NCBI GenBank assembly: GCA_001824485.1
Contig: MHXP01000208.1
Span: 1-49,004 of the forward strand
Reading direction: 5' to 3'
Source: Planctomycetes bacterium GWA2_39_15
GTDB lineage: Bacteria > Planctomycetota > Brocadiia > Brocadiales > Brocadiaceae
Length of the DNA stretch: 49,004 bases
Within the stretch, counting starts at the first letter, position 1. The number at the start of each line of letters is the position of its first letter. A model generated the notes under the pieces. The model saw only the letters and a program-made list of their open reading frames with translations. It was not told the origin of the DNA and searched no databases. Of this stretch, positions 15,608-24,841 are shown piece by piece. The position numbers were made by a program, and so were the translations under genes.

Positions 15608-16753
15608 TCATGTCGTTAATGCCTTTTGTAATAGCTTCCGCGCAAAACGATTCAACTGTGTAGTTGGGCTTCTAAAATCTCTCTCAACGGTTTGAAGATA
15701 CGCTAAAATCCTTTCCGCTGAGTTTGGATTATAATAATTTCCCTTCGTCAATTCAGTTGAGTCTGACTTTCTGAATAACGCTCGCACCCATTCATCTCCG
15801 ATTACCATCTCAAATCCGTTCCTTTCAAAGAAGGAAGAAACCTTTTCAAGATCGAAGCAATAATTATGTACAGATTGCAAATACATAAGAAAATTATTAC
15901 TGCTTTTGCATCCATCCTCCGAAATAAAATCACTTCTTTTTCTGTTCCAGTTCAACAATCCGGGAACCTCGACATATACGTATCCTCTCGGTGTCAGCAT
16001 TTTTCTAACATCGGCAATCGATTTATCAATATCAACGAAATGTTCAAAGACATGGGAGAGTATAATCAGATCTGCCTGCCTGCCTGATGCAACCAAACTA
16101 TCAGTGCCTCCACGTAGCAAATTGAGTCCTCTTCTACGTCCTACGTCCAGGTACTCTTCATCAAAATCACATCCCATAACCTCTTTTCCAGCAAGATAAA
16201 ATGGCAAGAGATTGCACCCATCTCTGCATCCAATCTCAAAGATGGTCTTAAGCTCTTTCAGAATGGTATCCAATTTTAATGCAATAAACGCAAATCTTTT
16301 CCATGAATAAGCATCGGGTCTTGTCCGCTTAAAAAAACTACCTTCAGGGGCTACACCGTCAAAATTGATATCGCCATAAAATTCTTCATAAACTACTTCA
16401 AGAGAAACTTCATCAAAAAATGAATCGTTAAAAACCAATCCGCAACACTTACAAATTACCGTCTCGCATGGAATTCCATATCTGTCTTTTTCAGCAATTA
16501 GTATAGCCTCTTTACCAAAACAGAGCGGACAGGATTCATGTTCTCTCTGTTCTATATTCCCTTTGTTTATTTCTTCTTTTAGACGTTTAAGTGTTTCTTT
16601 TGCCCTTAAAGACATCTTTCTATTAGTGAGAAATAATCCTTTTGAGTTATTTCTGAAACGATGGGAGAGAATATTATCTGTTTTTTTCATAATACCTTTA
16701 TATAAATTTAACGTTAAGGAATTTCTAACCGATCCTGTACTGGCAATCAACAA
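15608..16753 (-). CDS. class I SAM-dependent methyltransferase with N-terminal 4-Cys zinc ribbon
   Basis: CPLCFGKEA .. CKCCGLVF, then motif I IFEIGCRDGCNLL. An alternative ATG start at 16690 (MKKTDNIL..) is plausible. Confidence 0.75.
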   Translation of the reverse strand: MLIASTGSVRNSLTLNLYKGIMKKTDNILSHRFRNNSKGLFLTNRKMSLRAKETLKRLKEEINKGNIEQREHESCPLCFGKEAILIAEKDRYGIPCETVICKCCGLVFNDSFFDEVSLEVVYEEFYGDINFDGVAPEGSFFKRTRPDAYSWKRFAFIALKLDTILKELKTIFEIGCRDGCNLLPFYLAGKEVMGCDFDEEYLDVGRRRGLNLLRGGTDSLVASGRQADLIILSHVFEHFVDIDKSIADVRKMLTPRGYVYVEVPGLLNWNRKRSDFISEDGCKSSNNFLMYLQSVHNYCFDLEKVSSFFERNGFEMVIGDEWVRALFRKSDSTELTKGNYYNPNSAERILAYLQTVERDFRSPTTQLNRFARKLLQKALTT

Positions 16754-16799
16754 ATTACAACTCGTTCCAAACTATATTTGGAAACGCAATGACCAAGAA

Positions 16800-16892
16800 A
16801 CCTTCCCCTCCTTATGAAGGAGGGGAAATAGGGGAGGTATAAAAATAATACCCTTCCGGCTTCTCCTTACTAAAGAGGAGATTGGGGGTGGT
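16800..16892. repeat. two adjacent GC-rich palindromes of the CCCCTCCTT..AAGGAGGGG family
   Basis: 16803..16827 is ttcccctcctt-atg-aaggaggggaa, a perfect 11-bp stem nested in accttcccc..ggggaggt. 16861..16892 is ttctccttactaaagaggagattgggggtggt. They overlap the 3' tail of the DUF559 ORF. Confidence 0.6.
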
Positions 16893-17240
16893 TTTTATAA
16901 TAATATCTTGTAAAACACCTTTTATATTCTTGAGAACGTCAATATTTGTGTATCTTAGCACCTTAATTCCCAAAGCTTCTATATCCTTTTTCCGTTGCAT
17001 GTCAGATGCAATCCGATAATTATAATAATGAACACCACCATCAATTTCGATTGCCAATCTTAGCTCAGAGCAATAAAAATCAACGGTATAATTGTTAATC
17101 CCATATTGCCTTCTAAATTTCAAACCATTGATTTGTTTACCCTTTAATTTCGACCAAAGGTATATTTCTGCTTTTGTCATATCCTTTCGCAAATGTCGCC
17201 TTTTTTTTGTATATTCTTTTTTGTTGAATATTTCTGTCAT
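16812..17240 (-). CDS. DUF559 (Vsr/restriction-endonuclease-like) domain protein
   Basis: LRKDMTKAEIYLWSKLKGKQINGLKFRRQY and VDFYCSELRLAIEIDGGVH match the DUF559 pattern. The track start at 17249 is a TTG; the first ATG is at 17240. The C-terminal tail (..TTPNLLFSKEKPEGYYFYTSPISPPS) is a read-through of the palindromic repeats. Confidence 0.75.
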   Translation of the reverse strand: MTEIFNKKEYTKKRRHLRKDMTKAEIYLWSKLKGKQINGLKFRRQYGINNYTVDFYCSELRLAIEIDGGVHYYNYRIASDMQRKKDIEALGIKVLRYTNIDVLKNIKGVLQDIIIKTTPNLLFSKEKPEGYYFYTSPISPPS

Positions 17241-17248
17241 ATTTGACA

Positions 17249-17286
17249 ACCTCCCCTTTATCCCCTCCTTCGTAAGGAGGGGAGAT
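17249..17286. repeat. GC-rich palindrome, same family, immediately 5' of the DUF559 gene
   Basis: Sequence acctcccctttatcccctccttcgtaaggaggggagat. The stem tcccctcctt/aaggagggga is 10 bp with loop cgt. The left half matches the cores at 1192.. and 10522.. Confidence 0.6.
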
Positions 17287-17360
17287 TACTTCTTCCTACC
17301 CTACTAAATAAAAATGGAGGCAATGATAAGCCCCTGGTGGAAGGGGTTGAACTGTTACGC

Positions 17361-18335
17361 CTAGTGTAACACTTTTTTCATCTTCGTTCCAATACCCCAA
17401 ACAATCTTTCTCATTTTATGTCCTTCAACCGTATATTTTTGTACAATGTCATTTATTTTCTCTATCAGATCGGAAGTAACGGACAAATCAAGTGCTTTTA
17501 TATTTTCCTGCAATTGGTCGCATGAACTGGTCCCACAAATCACAGAATGCACTTCCTGATGATTAAGCACCCAATGTATTGCAAGTTGATGAATACCTAT
17601 CTGATGCTCCTGTGCTAATTGAATTACCAGTTTATATGCTGGAAATTCAGGACGGTAGTAACCCGGTTGAAAAAATGGGAATTTGCTTTTTGCCAGGGCT
17701 GTGTATTTTGTCTTTAAAATCCACCCTGAAGCCAGAGGCGAAAAAGTTGAAAACCCATAATGCATAGCGCTAGTTTCAGACCTGATGGAATATGTTGTTT
17801 GAAAATCAAAAAAATTTAAGCAGTACTGCACACATGAAACAGCAGTATCATTTTTTACTGTTCTTAATTCCTCCAGAGAAAGTTGGGATACTCCCCCGAA
17901 GCGTGCCTTTCCCTCACGGATCAAATTGTTTATACCACCGATAGATTCAGCAAGAGGAATCTTCGGATCAGGACGATGAAGATAGAACATATCAACGTAA
18001 TCTGTTTTCAATTTTTTCAAACTGTTTTCTAGTGAATTTCTTAAATGGTCAGGATGGCCATTTCTTCCGCCATCACCGGTCAGACCGGCCTTCGTTGATA
18101 TAATTACCTTTGCTCTTTCCGAACCGAGTATACGGCCAAGCCATTCTTCAGACAACCTCTCTCCATAAACGTCTGCTGTATCGAAATAATTAATCCCTTT
18201 ATCAAGGGCGAGGAATAACGCCTCTTTTGCACGTGCAAAATCTTTATAGCCTGTTTTGCCAGAGCCGATTTGATTGCAGCCAAATCCAATTACAGAAGCA
18301 TTAAGCCCGGTTTTACCCAATTTCCTGTAATACAT
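17361..18335 (-). CDS. aldo/keto reductase
   Basis: MYYRKLGKTGLNASVIGFGC and FDTADVYG are canonical AKR N-terminal motifs. 324 aa. Confidence 0.85.
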   Translation of the reverse strand: MYYRKLGKTGLNASVIGFGCNQIGSGKTGYKDFARAKEALFLALDKGINYFDTADVYGERLSEEWLGRILGSERAKVIISTKAGLTGDGGRNGHPDHLRNSLENSLKKLKTDYVDMFYLHRPDPKIPLAESIGGINNLIREGKARFGGVSQLSLEELRTVKNDTAVSCVQYCLNFFDFQTTYSIRSETSAMHYGFSTFSPLASGWILKTKYTALAKSKFPFFQPGYYRPEFPAYKLVIQLAQEHQIGIHQLAIHWVLNHQEVHSVICGTSSCDQLQENIKALDLSVTSDLIEKINDIVQKYTVEGHKMRKIVWGIGTKMKKVLH

Positions 18336-18464
18336 TTATAATAATGACTAACGTTACCTAAGCATATAATAATTATAGAACATAAAATTACACAACCATC
18401 AGGAGAACTATTCCGCACCGGAGTTTTTTAGATAAATGCCCCATACATTAAGTTAACTGTATCT

Positions 18465-20234
18465 CTAATGTGCAAGTATCTGTTCTTTTTCAACTTTTCG
18501 AATTAATTTTCCGCCCCGCAGTTCAAAAATAATATCACAGTTCTGAATGGTACTATGCCGGTGAGCAACGATTATCAATGTCTTTTCTCCATGCAATGCC
18601 TCTATAGCCTTCATTACTTCTTTTTCAGTATCGTTATCGAGAGACGATGTCGCTTCGTCAAGAATCAAAATTTTCGGATTATAATAAAGAGCACGTGCTA
18701 TACCGATACGCTGCCGTTGCCCGCCTGAAAGACGGACACCTCGCTCTCCAATTGATGTTTCAAGTTTGACGGGGAGACTCTCAACAAAGTTCTTAAGCTG
18801 TGCGGACTCTAACGCCTTCCATACCTGATCATCATTAATCTCATTGTCTGGCACACCGAAAGCAACATTTCTGCGTACAGTGTCATCTAACAAGGAAATT
18901 GTCTGGGGAATATAACCTATTCTCTTCTGCCATGAAGACAGATCAGAAAAAATATTTTGACCTTCTACAACTACCATCCCCTCTGTTGGAATTAAAATCC
19001 CCAAAATAATATCAACTAACGTAGTCTTGCCTGACCCTGATGGTCCAATGAGTCCCACGGATGATGCCTTCGGTATAATTAATGAAACATCTTTAATAGT
19101 AAAATTCTTCGCGCTAGGGTATCTGTAACATAAATTCACTAATTCTATATAATGACATTTTTTATTATGCACTCGTTTAATATTCATTGAACTTTCATTA
19201 TTTTTATCAAACTTTTCCCCCGTATCTAATATCATATCCTCATAAAGCTGATTTACAGAAACCTTGCCACTTCGTATAAATGCTAACGCAACGTTTATCC
19301 TATTTGCGGAAGGCATCAAACGGAAGGCTGCCATAGTAAATAGGATCAAAATGGACATGACATTACTTATGCCGCCACTCTTTGTTAATACAGTCAAAAT
19401 AATAACTAAAATGCCCACTACAAATACGGTTTCAAGAATTATTCTCGGCATTATATTTATTATATTAATTGCAACATTTAACCTACTGTCAGAAATACAA
19501 AGCTCTCTAAAAACACTTGTAAAAAAACCTTCTCTTCCCATTACTTTTATTTCTTTAACGGTTCCGAAACCCTGATTAAGTAATTTGTATCGTTGACCTA
19601 AAATATAATGTCTTTTCTTGCTGATTTTATCTATTTTTGTATGAAAAACTTTCCTAAAGATTAAAAAGCACATTCCTAAACTTAGAATTGTTATTAAAGT
19701 TATATGTGGCTCTATGAAAAAAAGTAAAACAATAATGCCTGTAATTACTGAAATTTCAGTAAATAAAATTAATAATTGCTGAATCACACTAACATAAACA
19801 TGTTTAACGTCACCATCAACATTTCTCAGTAATTCAGCAGAATTTCTTTGCAAATGAAAAACGTATGGTTTCCTCAAATATGACTCAAATAGGCGAGCTG
19901 ACAGTAAAGCTTGCCTATTAAAGATAAACATGAATTGCATAAAATACAAAAACAACATATATACATTTTTAAAAAGATAAAACAATATAAAGGCAATGCT
20001 AATAAAAATTAAAAATTTATTAAATGATCCTAAACCTAATAAGCTATACAACAAAAATAGATTTTTATGCTCTTGTATAAGTTGAGGATTATTTACCAGA
20101 CTAATAAAAGGAACAATAAAACCTATTCCAAATATTTCTAAGGCTGCACCAATAAGCATTAATATTGCAAGAATAAGAATTTGAACCTTTTCCCGTCGGG
20201 TCAAGATAAAAAATAATTTGTGCAGAGTTGGCAT
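18465..20234 (-). CDS. fused TMD-NBD ABC exporter (MsbA/PglK-type half transporter)
   Basis: Hydrophobic N-terminal half. Walker A GPSGSGKTT, signature LSGGQRQRIGIARAL, Walker B ILILDEATSSLD, H-loop VAHRHS. 589 aa. Confidence 0.9.
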   Translation of the reverse strand: MPTLHKLFFILTRREKVQILILAILMLIGAALEIFGIGFIVPFISLVNNPQLIQEHKNLFLLYSLLGLGSFNKFLIFISIAFILFYLFKNVYMLFLYFMQFMFIFNRQALLSARLFESYLRKPYVFHLQRNSAELLRNVDGDVKHVYVSVIQQLLILFTEISVITGIIVLLFFIEPHITLITILSLGMCFLIFRKVFHTKIDKISKKRHYILGQRYKLLNQGFGTVKEIKVMGREGFFTSVFRELCISDSRLNVAINIINIMPRIILETVFVVGILVIILTVLTKSGGISNVMSILILFTMAAFRLMPSANRINVALAFIRSGKVSVNQLYEDMILDTGEKFDKNNESSMNIKRVHNKKCHYIELVNLCYRYPSAKNFTIKDVSLIIPKASSVGLIGPSGSGKTTLVDIILGILIPTEGMVVVEGQNIFSDLSSWQKRIGYIPQTISLLDDTVRRNVAFGVPDNEINDDQVWKALESAQLKNFVESLPVKLETSIGERGVRLSGGQRQRIGIARALYYNPKILILDEATSSLDNDTEKEVMKAIEALHGEKTLIIVAHRHSTIQNCDIIFELRGGKLIRKVEKEQILAH

Positions 20235-20386
20235 CCCTTAAGCCTTTCTAATGCCTACAATGAAAGACATATGAAAATAAATTGTGGAATACTTATTGCG
20301 AATATCTATTCAATAATCTCCGGAAAGCAGGATGCTCCAATAAGAGTCTTAGTGTAACATTGCAAAACAAAACGAGAATATTCTAA

Positions 20387-22036
20387 TTAATTTTTCTTCA
20401 TTATTCTCTTAAAACCTTTAGCTATATTATAGAAGGATCTGAAAAAAACAAATCTCCCCAAATAAACATGATACATAAAAAGTAGGTGATAGAAAAATCC
20501 ATGTATGACATTATAATCGTCCAGAAAAGCTTTCTTAGTCTTTATTTTAATGCGATGATAACAATGCTTGCATAACACTATTGTGTAAAGCCTAATTGTG
20601 TCCAGGGGGTGTTTATACCTGGAAATTTGGTGGCACAATGGACACTCAACCGTGAAAGCATAAACAGTTTTCCCTTCGTACGTATCAGATTCCTTTTTTG
20701 AAGACAATACTTTTCCTTTCATAAAAAGTTGGGTAAAGTCTAAATACATAATCCTTCTTCTAATTTTATTGAACTTGCGGTCGCTTATCTTAGTAAGATT
20801 TATTACAGGGAATTTGCTTTTGATAAACTGCACCTTATCACTAACAAGATTATGCTCAATTGCATGTCTCCAGACTTGAGAGTCTGGCACTGCGAGAAGC
20901 CAACGTAGACGTATATCGTACTCAGGATGTTTCATCCGCCAATCAAGTGACTCTTTAATTGTTTCCTCTGTCTCTTCAGGATCACCGAAGATTAGATTGC
21001 CTCCGGCATTTACTCCGGCATCGCCTGCCAGCTTAAATGCCTTATCAACATCGGCTTTTGTGGTATGCTTTCTCATGCTCTTTAAAACCTTATCGCTCAT
21101 ACTCTCCACACCTATTCCAAGTGTCAAGATGCCAGAGTCCTTTAAAATTTTGAGCATTTTCTCATTCACATTATCGGCTCTCCACTGTGCCATCCATCTG
21201 ATGTTGTATTTTTTTATTCTAGAAGCAAACTCATATACTCTTTTTTCATCAAAAGAGAAAAGCTCGTCCAGAATATTCAATACATTTGTATTATATTTTC
21301 TGACAAGATAGTCAATTTCTTGAAAAACATTATCAAGCGACCTCTGTCTGTACTTTTGACCAAGAGGATGATAGCAAAATGTACAATTGTAAGGGCATGA
21401 TCTCGCTGTAATAATCTCATGAAGCCTCACTTTTTCGTCAATATCATGAAAAAGAGCTCCAACCCCCGACAGTTCCACCCTCTTTATAGAAAGCCATTTG
21501 CTATATTCAAGACCTTCATCATGAGGAAACGGCAGTGAATCCAAATCCGATATTGCTTCCCTTGGCGCCGTAACAGTCAAGCCGTTATCATTATCGTGAA
21601 AAATTAACCCTCTTACCTTGGCGATCTCCCCATCGCTTGTCAACGCAGCGGCAAGCTCAGCCATCGTAATTTCGCCTTCACCTATAACCCCGTAATCAAT
21701 CTTCATATTCTCCAGGACCAGCTTTGGGTCCGCGGTAATAATCGCTCCGCCTACGACTGTTATAATTTCTGGGTTTATTTTCTTTGCAATTTCTACAACC
21801 TCGCTGACTTCGTTCCAATAGAAAGACATTGCTCCGGTGCATATGACATCAATATGCTTGTCCTTAATGCATTTGTGCAATTGCTGTTCGATTGAGGCAT
21901 CATAGTGACAGAGATTCAGACAGAACACATTAAAACCTTTATGCTTCATATATGAAACGACATAGCCAAAACCAATCGGGAAAAAATACGATTCTCCTGC
22001 CCTAGCAATCTTAGGAACAACAAACAAAAAATTCAC
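20387..22036 (-). CDS. B12-binding-domain (class B) radical SAM enzyme with C-terminal zinc ribbon and hydrophobic tail
   Basis: VIGEGEITMAEL. ITARSCPYNCTFCYH. C-terminal ECPLCHQ..CKHCYH, then FFYHLLFMYHVYLGRFVFF. GTG start with the strong SD GGGAGG 8 nt upstream. Confidence 0.85.
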   Translation of the reverse strand: MNFLFVVPKIARAGESYFFPIGFGYVVSYMKHKGFNVFCLNLCHYDASIEQQLHKCIKDKHIDVICTGAMSFYWNEVSEVVEIAKKINPEIITVVGGAIITADPKLVLENMKIDYGVIGEGEITMAELAAALTSDGEIAKVRGLIFHDNDNGLTVTAPREAISDLDSLPFPHDEGLEYSKWLSIKRVELSGVGALFHDIDEKVRLHEIITARSCPYNCTFCYHPLGQKYRQRSLDNVFQEIDYLVRKYNTNVLNILDELFSFDEKRVYEFASRIKKYNIRWMAQWRADNVNEKMLKILKDSGILTLGIGVESMSDKVLKSMRKHTTKADVDKAFKLAGDAGVNAGGNLIFGDPEETEETIKESLDWRMKHPEYDIRLRWLLAVPDSQVWRHAIEHNLVSDKVQFIKSKFPVINLTKISDRKFNKIRRRIMYLDFTQLFMKGKVLSSKKESDTYEGKTVYAFTVECPLCHQISRYKHPLDTIRLYTIVLCKHCYHRIKIKTKKAFLDDYNVIHGFFYHLLFMYHVYLGRFVFFRSFYNIAKGFKRIMKKN

Positions 22037-22124
22037 TATAAGTACCTCCCTGAATAGAAAGTCAACTTTTTAGTAACTGGATCAATAATGACATCCTAGT
22101 CTTTCATCTTAACAAGAACTTCCA

Positions 22125-23183
22125 TTAAAGGTCTTCTGCAACCGCACGATAGACGGGCATAAAGTCCGCGTGATACGGCGAAGAAGGATTTAAAAGTGCA
22201 GGTAATGTAATATGATTTGAAGGGTGAATCTTGTATTGTATATTTTTCACTATATTCCACATATTTTTTACACACGGTATATGTTTTATTTCCTCTTTTA
22301 TCCTTTCGACGCATCCCAAAGCCCCCAAGGAACCATAACGGTTTTGGAAATGGCGATTTGACTTGTACCTCAGATGTGCCCAGAATGCTTGTTTTACAAC
22401 AGCATGTGCTTCACCAATCGTAATGCCATCCTGTTTCATTAATTCTTCCGATAGAGTATTATAAAAAATTTGATATGATGGAAACCAGTTGTGACTTGTA
22501 ATCCAATCATAATGTTCTATAGGTTGTTGCTGTTTATGCGTTTGATGTATTATATGGAAACAATCAAGCTTTTTGCTATTACCCAGAATTGCTGCAAGAC
22601 AGCTTGGCAACAAATCGTTTCCCAAAGACCTATCAGGTATAGCATCATTTTCAAACGTCCTTTTTAAAATAGGAGTACGATATACGGAAAACAAATTATT
22701 GGAATAATTTGATAAATGATTTAAAAACCTTTTAGACGCTGTTTCTTCTTCTCTTGAAGGCAACAGATATTCCCAAATATTATCAAATTGACCATATGGT
22801 CCACTTTGCCTAAGACGAAAAACAGCACCAATACCATGACACGCAATATACGCTGGATTCAGTTCTAAAAAATCAATACAACTCTCTAAACTTTTTGGAA
22901 CTAAAAAATCATCATCAGCCAACAAAGAGGCGTATGGTGTAGATACTTCTTGAAGTAATTGTTTAGTACATTTAGATACATTTAGGACAGGGTATTCATG
23001 ATATATAATATTAAGTTTATCCTCTAATTTTTCTATTATTTCCTTCAGCCGTTTAACATGCAACTCATTGCTTGAATCACCGATATGTATCCAATGCTTA
23101 AAATTGGTATCAGCAAAGTAGTTAAGCAACCTAATTAAAAAATCTGACCGATTTTTTGTCGGTATTATTATTGTGTACATCAT
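22125..23183 (-). CDS. GT-A (family-2-like) glycosyltransferase
   Basis: YTIIIPTKNRSDFL at the N-terminus and an acidic LLADDDFLV (DxD-like). 352 aa. The C-terminal half is unassigned. Confidence 0.6.
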   Translation of the reverse strand: MMYTIIIPTKNRSDFLIRLLNYFADTNFKHWIHIGDSSNELHVKRLKEIIEKLEDKLNIIYHEYPVLNVSKCTKQLLQEVSTPYASLLADDDFLVPKSLESCIDFLELNPAYIACHGIGAVFRLRQSGPYGQFDNIWEYLLPSREEETASKRFLNHLSNYSNNLFSVYRTPILKRTFENDAIPDRSLGNDLLPSCLAAILGNSKKLDCFHIIHQTHKQQQPIEHYDWITSHNWFPSYQIFYNTLSEELMKQDGITIGEAHAVVKQAFWAHLRYKSNRHFQNRYGSLGALGCVERIKEEIKHIPCVKNMWNIVKNIQYKIHPSNHITLPALLNPSSPYHADFMPVYRAVAEDL

Positions 23184-23371
23184 ATGGATCTCTTTTTTAA
23201 CCCAAAAACCGCTAAAAATTTAAATTTCCATTACGTAAAACTGTTTGAAGTTCAATGTAATTATTTAAAATTGCATTCTTATCCATTCCAAAACCTTCTT
23301 TGATGTTTTTAAGAACGAATTCAATCATTGCTAGGATTGTGTTGCTTTATAGGTGAAAAATTGTATGTTGT

Positions 23372-24841
23372 TTAATTTTCAAGTAAGTTTCTCTTGAGTC
23401 TTGTCTTTGTCATTTCTTCGATATGCTTTTTGATGTGTGGTCCAAATTTATTTTCAACCATATCCAAATATTTTTGATTCTCAAAGTATTTATGAAAGCC
23501 GTCATCTCTGAATTTCAAAACTTCTTTTGCACTGATATACTTTGTTGGAAGTGGAAGCATTTCGTAGGAGTGCTGTGAAAAACCATACCATTCTTTTGGA
23601 AGCTCCCACCCTTCTCTAAGTGCAATATCATAAAGTTTTGACCCTGGATACGCCATGGCACAATAAAAATTTACAAATTCACAATTCAAATCCATTGCCA
23701 TATCAAGGGTTTCCTGCATTGTGCCGGGATTATCATCTGGCAGACCAAAGATATAATTACCTATCACTTTTATGCCTTCGCGCTGCATTGCCTGCACAAC
23801 ATTCTTTATATCCCTTACTCTCATCCTTTTTTCAGCACCATCCCTTACATCAGGATTAGCTGATTCAATACCGAGGGCAAGCCAGTTAATTCCAGCCTTT
23901 TTCATACTTTGCAAATTTTCCAGTTTTACAGTATCAACCCTTGCATATGCCCAGATATTCAGGTCATAACCCTTCTTAATCAGTAAATCTACTATGGACA
24001 TATAATGTCTTTCACTCAGAACAAATAATTCATCCACAATCTTGATATTTCCTATTCCATAATCCCTTATCAATACCCCCATCTCTTCAACAACCAATTC
24101 AGGGCTTCTGTATCTTATCCCAGGCTTGCCAAAAGGTGCATTGATACAGCAAAACGCACATGAATACGGACACCCAAGGCTTGTATATACTGCCCCGTAG
24201 GGCATCCTGTTTTCAAGACTGTCAAAGCAGTGCCAGTTATGTGCCCTGTATTTTTCCATGGGGAGTAAATCCCATGCAGCAACAGACAACACTTCATCCA
24301 GATTCTTAATAAGACACGCTCTTGGATTATTTTTAATTTTACCGTCTTTGTAATACCAGAGACCATCGACAACTGAATAATCAGTTTTTCCTGCCTTCAA
24401 TACCCGAATTAAACTTGTTAATGTATATGGTCCTTCACCTTCTATAACAAAATCCGCCTTTGCCTCCTGTAGGGTTTGTCCGGGGAGTGCTGACGGATGA
24501 AGACCTCCTATAGCTACTTTTGAAGATGTATTTTCTTTGAGTGCCTTGCAGATCTTTTCTGCAACTGTCATATTCTGTGTGGATGCGGAAGGCTGTGAGC
24601 CATATACAATCACAGCAGATAAAAGCGGATTCAATTCTTTGGCCCGCAGTGAGGTCTCCTCATGAGTGATGTTTTCTGCATTAGAATCGATAATTGCCAC
24701 AGAAAAACCGTTATTTCTTAAATATGAGGCAATCACTGCAATCCAGAAAGGTGGTTCAATTGCAGAATATTCTTTCCCTAAATCTTGATAGACCTGTTTT
24801 CTATCCCCGGGGTTAATCAGGACTATATCCAATTTACTCAT
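23372..24841 (-). CDS. B12-binding-domain (class B) radical SAM enzyme
   Basis: VIEGEGPYTL. YTSLGCPYSCAFCC (CxxxCxxC). 489 aa. 8-nt overlap with the transketolase C-subunit gene upstream. Confidence 0.85.
   Translation of the reverse strand: MSKLDIVLINPGDRKQVYQDLGKEYSAIEPPFWIAVIASYLRNNGFSVAIIDSNAENITHEETSLRAKELNPLLSAVIVYGSQPSASTQNMTVAEKICKALKENTSSKVAIGGLHPSALPGQTLQEAKADFVIEGEGPYTLTSLIRVLKAGKTDYSVVDGLWYYKDGKIKNNPRACLIKNLDEVLSVAAWDLLPMEKYRAHNWHCFDSLENRMPYGAVYTSLGCPYSCAFCCINAPFGKPGIRYRSPELVVEEMGVLIRDYGIGNIKIVDELFVLSERHYMSIVDLLIKKGYDLNIWAYARVDTVKLENLQSMKKAGINWLALGIESANPDVRDGAEKRMRVRDIKNVVQAMQREGIKVIGNYIFGLPDDNPGTMQETLDMAMDLNCEFVNFYCAMAYPGSKLYDIALREGWELPKEWYGFSQHSYEMLPLPTKYISAKEVLKFRDDGFHKYFENQKYLDMVENKFGPHIKKHIEEMTKTRLKRNLLEN

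Noticed and set aside
16800-17286. Whether the recurring GC-rich palindromes (157, 1192, 10522, 16803, 16861, 17249) form a CRISPR array.
   Set aside because: The copies are scattered over 17 kb, are not regularly spaced, differ in sequence and length, and have no short unique spacers between them. No cas genes are present.
17331-17346. Hairpin cccct-ggtgga-agggg, 15 nt downstream of the aldo/keto reductase stop, as a terminator.
   Set aside because: The stem is only 5 bp, and the nearest U-run in the sense direction is about 20 nt away. This is too weak to call.
18372-18377. Perfect TATAAT (minus sense) 36 nt upstream of the aldo/keto reductase ATG, as a promoter.
   Set aside because: There is no acceptable -35 at 16-18 nt and no TG extension. 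TATAAT is expected by chance in AT-rich spacers. I left it out of the feature list.
22096-22314. Minus-strand nested or out-of-frame ORFs: 22096..22314, 2100..2297, 5955..6146, 18104..18289, 24115..24372.
   Set aside because: They overlap well-supported genes in another frame and have no motifs. 22096..22314 only extends past the GT-A stop by 29 nt.
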